DNA of 64,000 nucleotides. Origin: Raillietiella orientalis. Lineage: Eukaryota. Below, piece after piece: positions 60,251 through 64,000 of this stretch. The stretch is taken from contig JAYWIR010000054.1 of assembly GCA_036172245.1 (NCBI GenBank), positions 434,001 through 498,000 of the forward strand. Reading direction: 5' to 3'. The translations under genes and the position numbers were made by a program. The notes below the pieces were generated by a model. That model saw only the letters and a list, made by a program, of their open reading frames with translations. It was not told the DNA's origin and made no database searches. Positions within the stretch are counted from its first letter, which is position 1, and each line of letters begins with the position of its first letter.

Positions 60251-60637
60251 TGCCACAGCTCTGAGAACAAGTCGTGTTAGGAAAGACAACGTGCACTTCT
60301 GTCCCGTCAAAGCTGCCGTGCCCTGTCGCACGTGTTCCTGGGGTCCGTGTCGAGTTGCTGGGTGGTCGAGGGATTTCGTCTGCTCCCCAGAGGTTTTTCT
60401 CCCTTGGCAGTTCCCCTCTGGAAGGAAGGAAGAAAAAAAACAGAGGCAGGAAACAGATCTTCCCTCGCTTCTTTTGACCCGCGTTTACATCATCAGGTTC
60501 TACTTGATTCTCTCGTGTAAGGCAACCTTGGCATAGCTCAGGGAGAGCATGGCACTGGCATGCTTTTTCAAGGAGAGTGGAGGAATTTGGATTATGGAAA
60601 ACAAATAATTCAGTCCTAATAACTTCTTACGCCATCC

Positions 60638-62297
60638 ATGTGGAAGCTGAGCAGCACAAAACTTAAGGTGGATTCGGCTCACCTTGTCAGAAGATGGTTC
60701 TGTTCGGCACCGAGGGACGTGAAGGTCCTCGGCATTGAAACGAGTTGTGATGATACTGGTGTGGCCGTAGTTGATGGTTCTGGAAATATCTTAGGAGAGA
60801 CCCTTAATTCTCAGCAGTCTTTCCACACAAAGTAAGAATGCATATTTAAATATATCGGAAGAACTATGTGGTGTTTGTGAAATCGCTGAAGATGCCTCAG
60901 CAGAAGAGACATCCTCAGTGATTATCTAATGTTTATCTTTTTGTGTCATGCAATGCATTTCAGATGTGGAGGTATAAATCCTGTGATGGCTAGTATGTTT
61001 CATAGAAATCGTATTGCTGATTCAGTTATGACAGCAATGGAATCCAGTGGTCAGAACTTTGAAAACTTGAATGCAGTTTCAGTCACTGTGAAACCAGGTA
61101 AACAAAATCCATCATTTTATGGATGTAATAGCGTGTGGCATCAATTAGGCATAAGTGCTTGTCTGGATGTAGGTTTGAAATATGCTAAGCTTATAGTAAA
61201 TAAGTATCATCTTCCACTGATTCCAGTTCATCATATGGAAGCCCATGCTCTGATAATTCGTCAGAGCCAACAAGTAAAACATACCAACGAGCAAATTAGA
61301 CTTTTTTTTCCAGGTCGCTTTTCCATTTCTAGTTCTTTTGATTTCTGGTGGACATTGCCAGTTGGCAGTAGCGCAAGATGTTGACAGTTTTTTGTTACTT
61401 GGTACTTGTCTGGATGATGCTCCAGGAGAAGCATTTGATAAGGTCATTGCAGCCTGATGAGAAGTGTTGTTTAAAGTACTCTTCCTCTTGATAATCAGAT
61501 TGCTCGCCGTTTGAAATTGTTCAATCTTTCTGAGTATTCTGGCTTATCAGGTGGCCATGCGATAGAACTCATGTCAAAGGAAGGCAATCCACTTGCTTTT
61601 GCATATAAAGTGCCTCTTCTGAGATACAGGAACTGTAATTTCAGTTTTGCAGGCATGAAATCTACTGCACTGAAACATTTGCTGGCTGAAGAGCAACAGC
61701 ATGGCAAGTGTGCACATAACTGTATTCATATTCACAGTATTGCATTCATGTTTTTAGGCATTGAAGCTGATGGCCTCATTCCATCCATGCGGGATTTTTG
61801 TGCCTCTTTTGTTCATGCTGTGGCATCACACTTATGCCGCCAAACTCAGAGAGCTATGCAATTTGTGGAAATCAATGATCTCCTTCCTGCATCCCATCGT
61901 GTCCTGGTACATATATTAAGTGTTTACCAAAATCATCTGATTGTATAGGTAGTGTCTGGTGGGGTAGCTTGCAGTACTCAAATCCAGAAATATTTGGAAT
62001 ATCTCTGTGATCAGTGTCAATACCAGATGGTTGTGCCACCTCGTAAGCTTTGTACAGATAATGGAGTTATGGTAGCTTGGAATGGGATAGAGAAATGGGG
62101 AGCTGGGAAAGGAATTTTCAAGGGAGACAATGTACAGAAAGTGGAACTGCAGCCAAAGTAATGTCCTCTGACAAAGTCAGGATCCATAATGTATATGACA
62201 ATTCAGGTGCTCCTTGGGTCAGGATCTCACAAAAGAGGTGGAATTGCAAGCATTAGCTTGTGACTGGGTTCAGATACCAACTAATTTGTTTGCTTGA
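60638..62297 (+). CDS. OSGEPL1: Mitochondrial tRNA N6-threonylcarbamoyltransferase (Qri7/OSGEPL1), multi-exon
   Basis: Basic targeting-peptide-like N-terminus; [54 protein letters not shown]; stop at 62297. Confidence 0.95.
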
Positions 62298-63317
62298 TGT
62301 GGTTACATAGTCCTTCCCAGCTTTCCACAGGGAGTGCATGAACATTCAACCACCCTAACTCGTTTATCAAATGAGTGAATTCATACATATTAAGCAGTCA
62401 AGGATGCTGGATACAATGATCTACCTCAAAGTACCTATTGGTTTTTAGCAGCAAGCTGATAACTTTACAGAGAAAACAGAGGAAGAGTTCCCTCCCAAGA
62501 GGAAGTGTCCAACCAGTGTATTATTAGTTTTCAAAGTTAAAGTCTTGAAAACAAGCAGTTGGTTCAAAGAATGCTGAATTTAAATAGAATTAAGATGTCG
62601 TTCAAATTTTTCTGTCGAGATAGCCTTTTAAAAATTGAAGTCGAGTCGCCAAGTTTGTACAACAATTTTTGCGAGGTGATTTTTTTCCTTTTTTTGAGCC
62701 AAAAAAAGGAAAACTACTTAAGTAATTTAAAGGTAGTCCCCCCCCCCCCCAAAAAAAAAAAGAGAAAACTATCTTCGGAATAGAACTATGGGAGCCGCAG
62801 AAGTCGATTAACTTTAATATCCGGTGAAATAATCATTTGCTTCGGATAATGCTGAGGAAGTTTTGGGTGCTCAAAGTTTTTGTTTCTGCCTCAACTAAAT
62901 GTCGCACCTCTTGCAGGGCAGCCAGATGTGCCCCTTACTGTTGATTCCGCTTCCAGATTTCACATAAGCAATCTATTCTCTTTTTGTATACTGAATGGGC
63001 CTCAAACTTTACATTTAGTCACTTCATGCATGCGATGAGCTTCATTCCGTAGTAGGTGCAGCTTGCTCGATTTGAAACGATTGCAATTTCCCATATGAGC
63101 TCCGAAGCCTACATATTCTTTTAAGAATACTTATACTTGAAACCGAGCCTTATTAGTTCGTCTTATTTTTTAACGTCTGCTGCTCCTTCCAACTTCAAAG
63201 ATTTCACGTAAATTTCTAGGCATTTTTGGAATTAAGTGATTTGTCGATGTGATTCATCCTTCTCGAGACCGCAATTTGTTGGAATTCCAATTCCTCAAAG
63301 TATTCATAGGGCATATA

Positions 63318-64000
63318 CAATACAGTCAAGAAGTATGAGGACTAATATTAAAAATTGAAAAAAAAAACACACTGAATATATATATATATATTTACATTTC
63401 GTTTATTCAAAATATGGAGATCCATCTGATCTATGCACTGCTTGGTGCGGGATCCCAACTTTTGCGTGCCACTGGCGTAGTCCTTCACAGGGATCTCTTC
63501 CAAACGCTCTGTGGCAGTCGTCTCAGTGTCACTGATGACGTCGAATCGGTCCCCTTTCAGCCAGTTTCATTTTGCTGAAAAGAAAATGGTCAGGAGGAGA
63601 CGAATCGTGCGGGTAGGGCGCGGCGTCAAGATCCGTTCTTGCGCCAAAATCTCAAGTGTCTCTTTGCTCTCGTGACAGGGAATGCGGGAAGAATGGCGCG
63701 CGCAGTTTCGGTTTGTTTCGATCTTCGCGTAAGATGCGTAGCACCACAGGCTCTTTTCCACTGCTGTTCGAGAGGTCACTCGTCGATCCTCTTGAGTAGT
63801 TTTGCAGCGACGGCAATGTCGGTTGTTACTGGGCGACTGCTGTGTTCGTCCGTTTTTCACCGACCGTCTTCCATCTCGAAAGCGCGCGTGCCACTGAAAG
63901 ATCCTTGGACCATTCATGGCTTCGTCCCCGTAAGCTTTGTGAACCAGTGGCACCACGCCCGAAGCCGACATACCACTACCTTCTTCCTTCACGTCCATCT
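63318..64000 (-). mobile_element. Tc1/mariner relic, internally deleted, runs off the window
   Basis: AYGDEAM..IFQWHARFRDGRRSV, EDRRVT, C-terminal LKGDRF..LEEIP..QCI..YFE; TA plus TIR-like end near 63318. Confidence 0.85.

Overview
Eukaryotic (invertebrate-animal-like) genomic DNA in two compartments. (1) About 1-46.3 kb is visibly GC-rich and heavily rearranged. My reading (by-eye alignment, needs profile/structure searches) is a cluster of decayed Pelle/IRAK-type kinase genes, each preceded by the tail of a ~120-aa helical, death-domain-like module. The same module is the C-terminus of an ankyrin-repeat gene and of a spliced gene with a 26-aa tandem-repeat core; a paralogue of that gene carries an unrelated 77-aa repeat core. 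A 7010-bp near-perfect inverted duplication (22153-29162 / 31890-38899) lies in the middle. The region is littered with nested non-LTR retrotransposons (Tx1/L1-clade copies with a conserved 3' hairpin, one NeSL/Utopia-like element) and a Ty3/gypsy relic. (2) About 46.3-64 kb is AT-rich, with compact host genes that have mostly 40-55 bp introns (unknown coiled-coil gene, PPIL1, TPRKB, OSGEPL1) and transposon relics. No rRNA, complete tRNA or CRISPR array was seen. Most ORFs in the supplied track are antisense shadows or pseudogene fragments.
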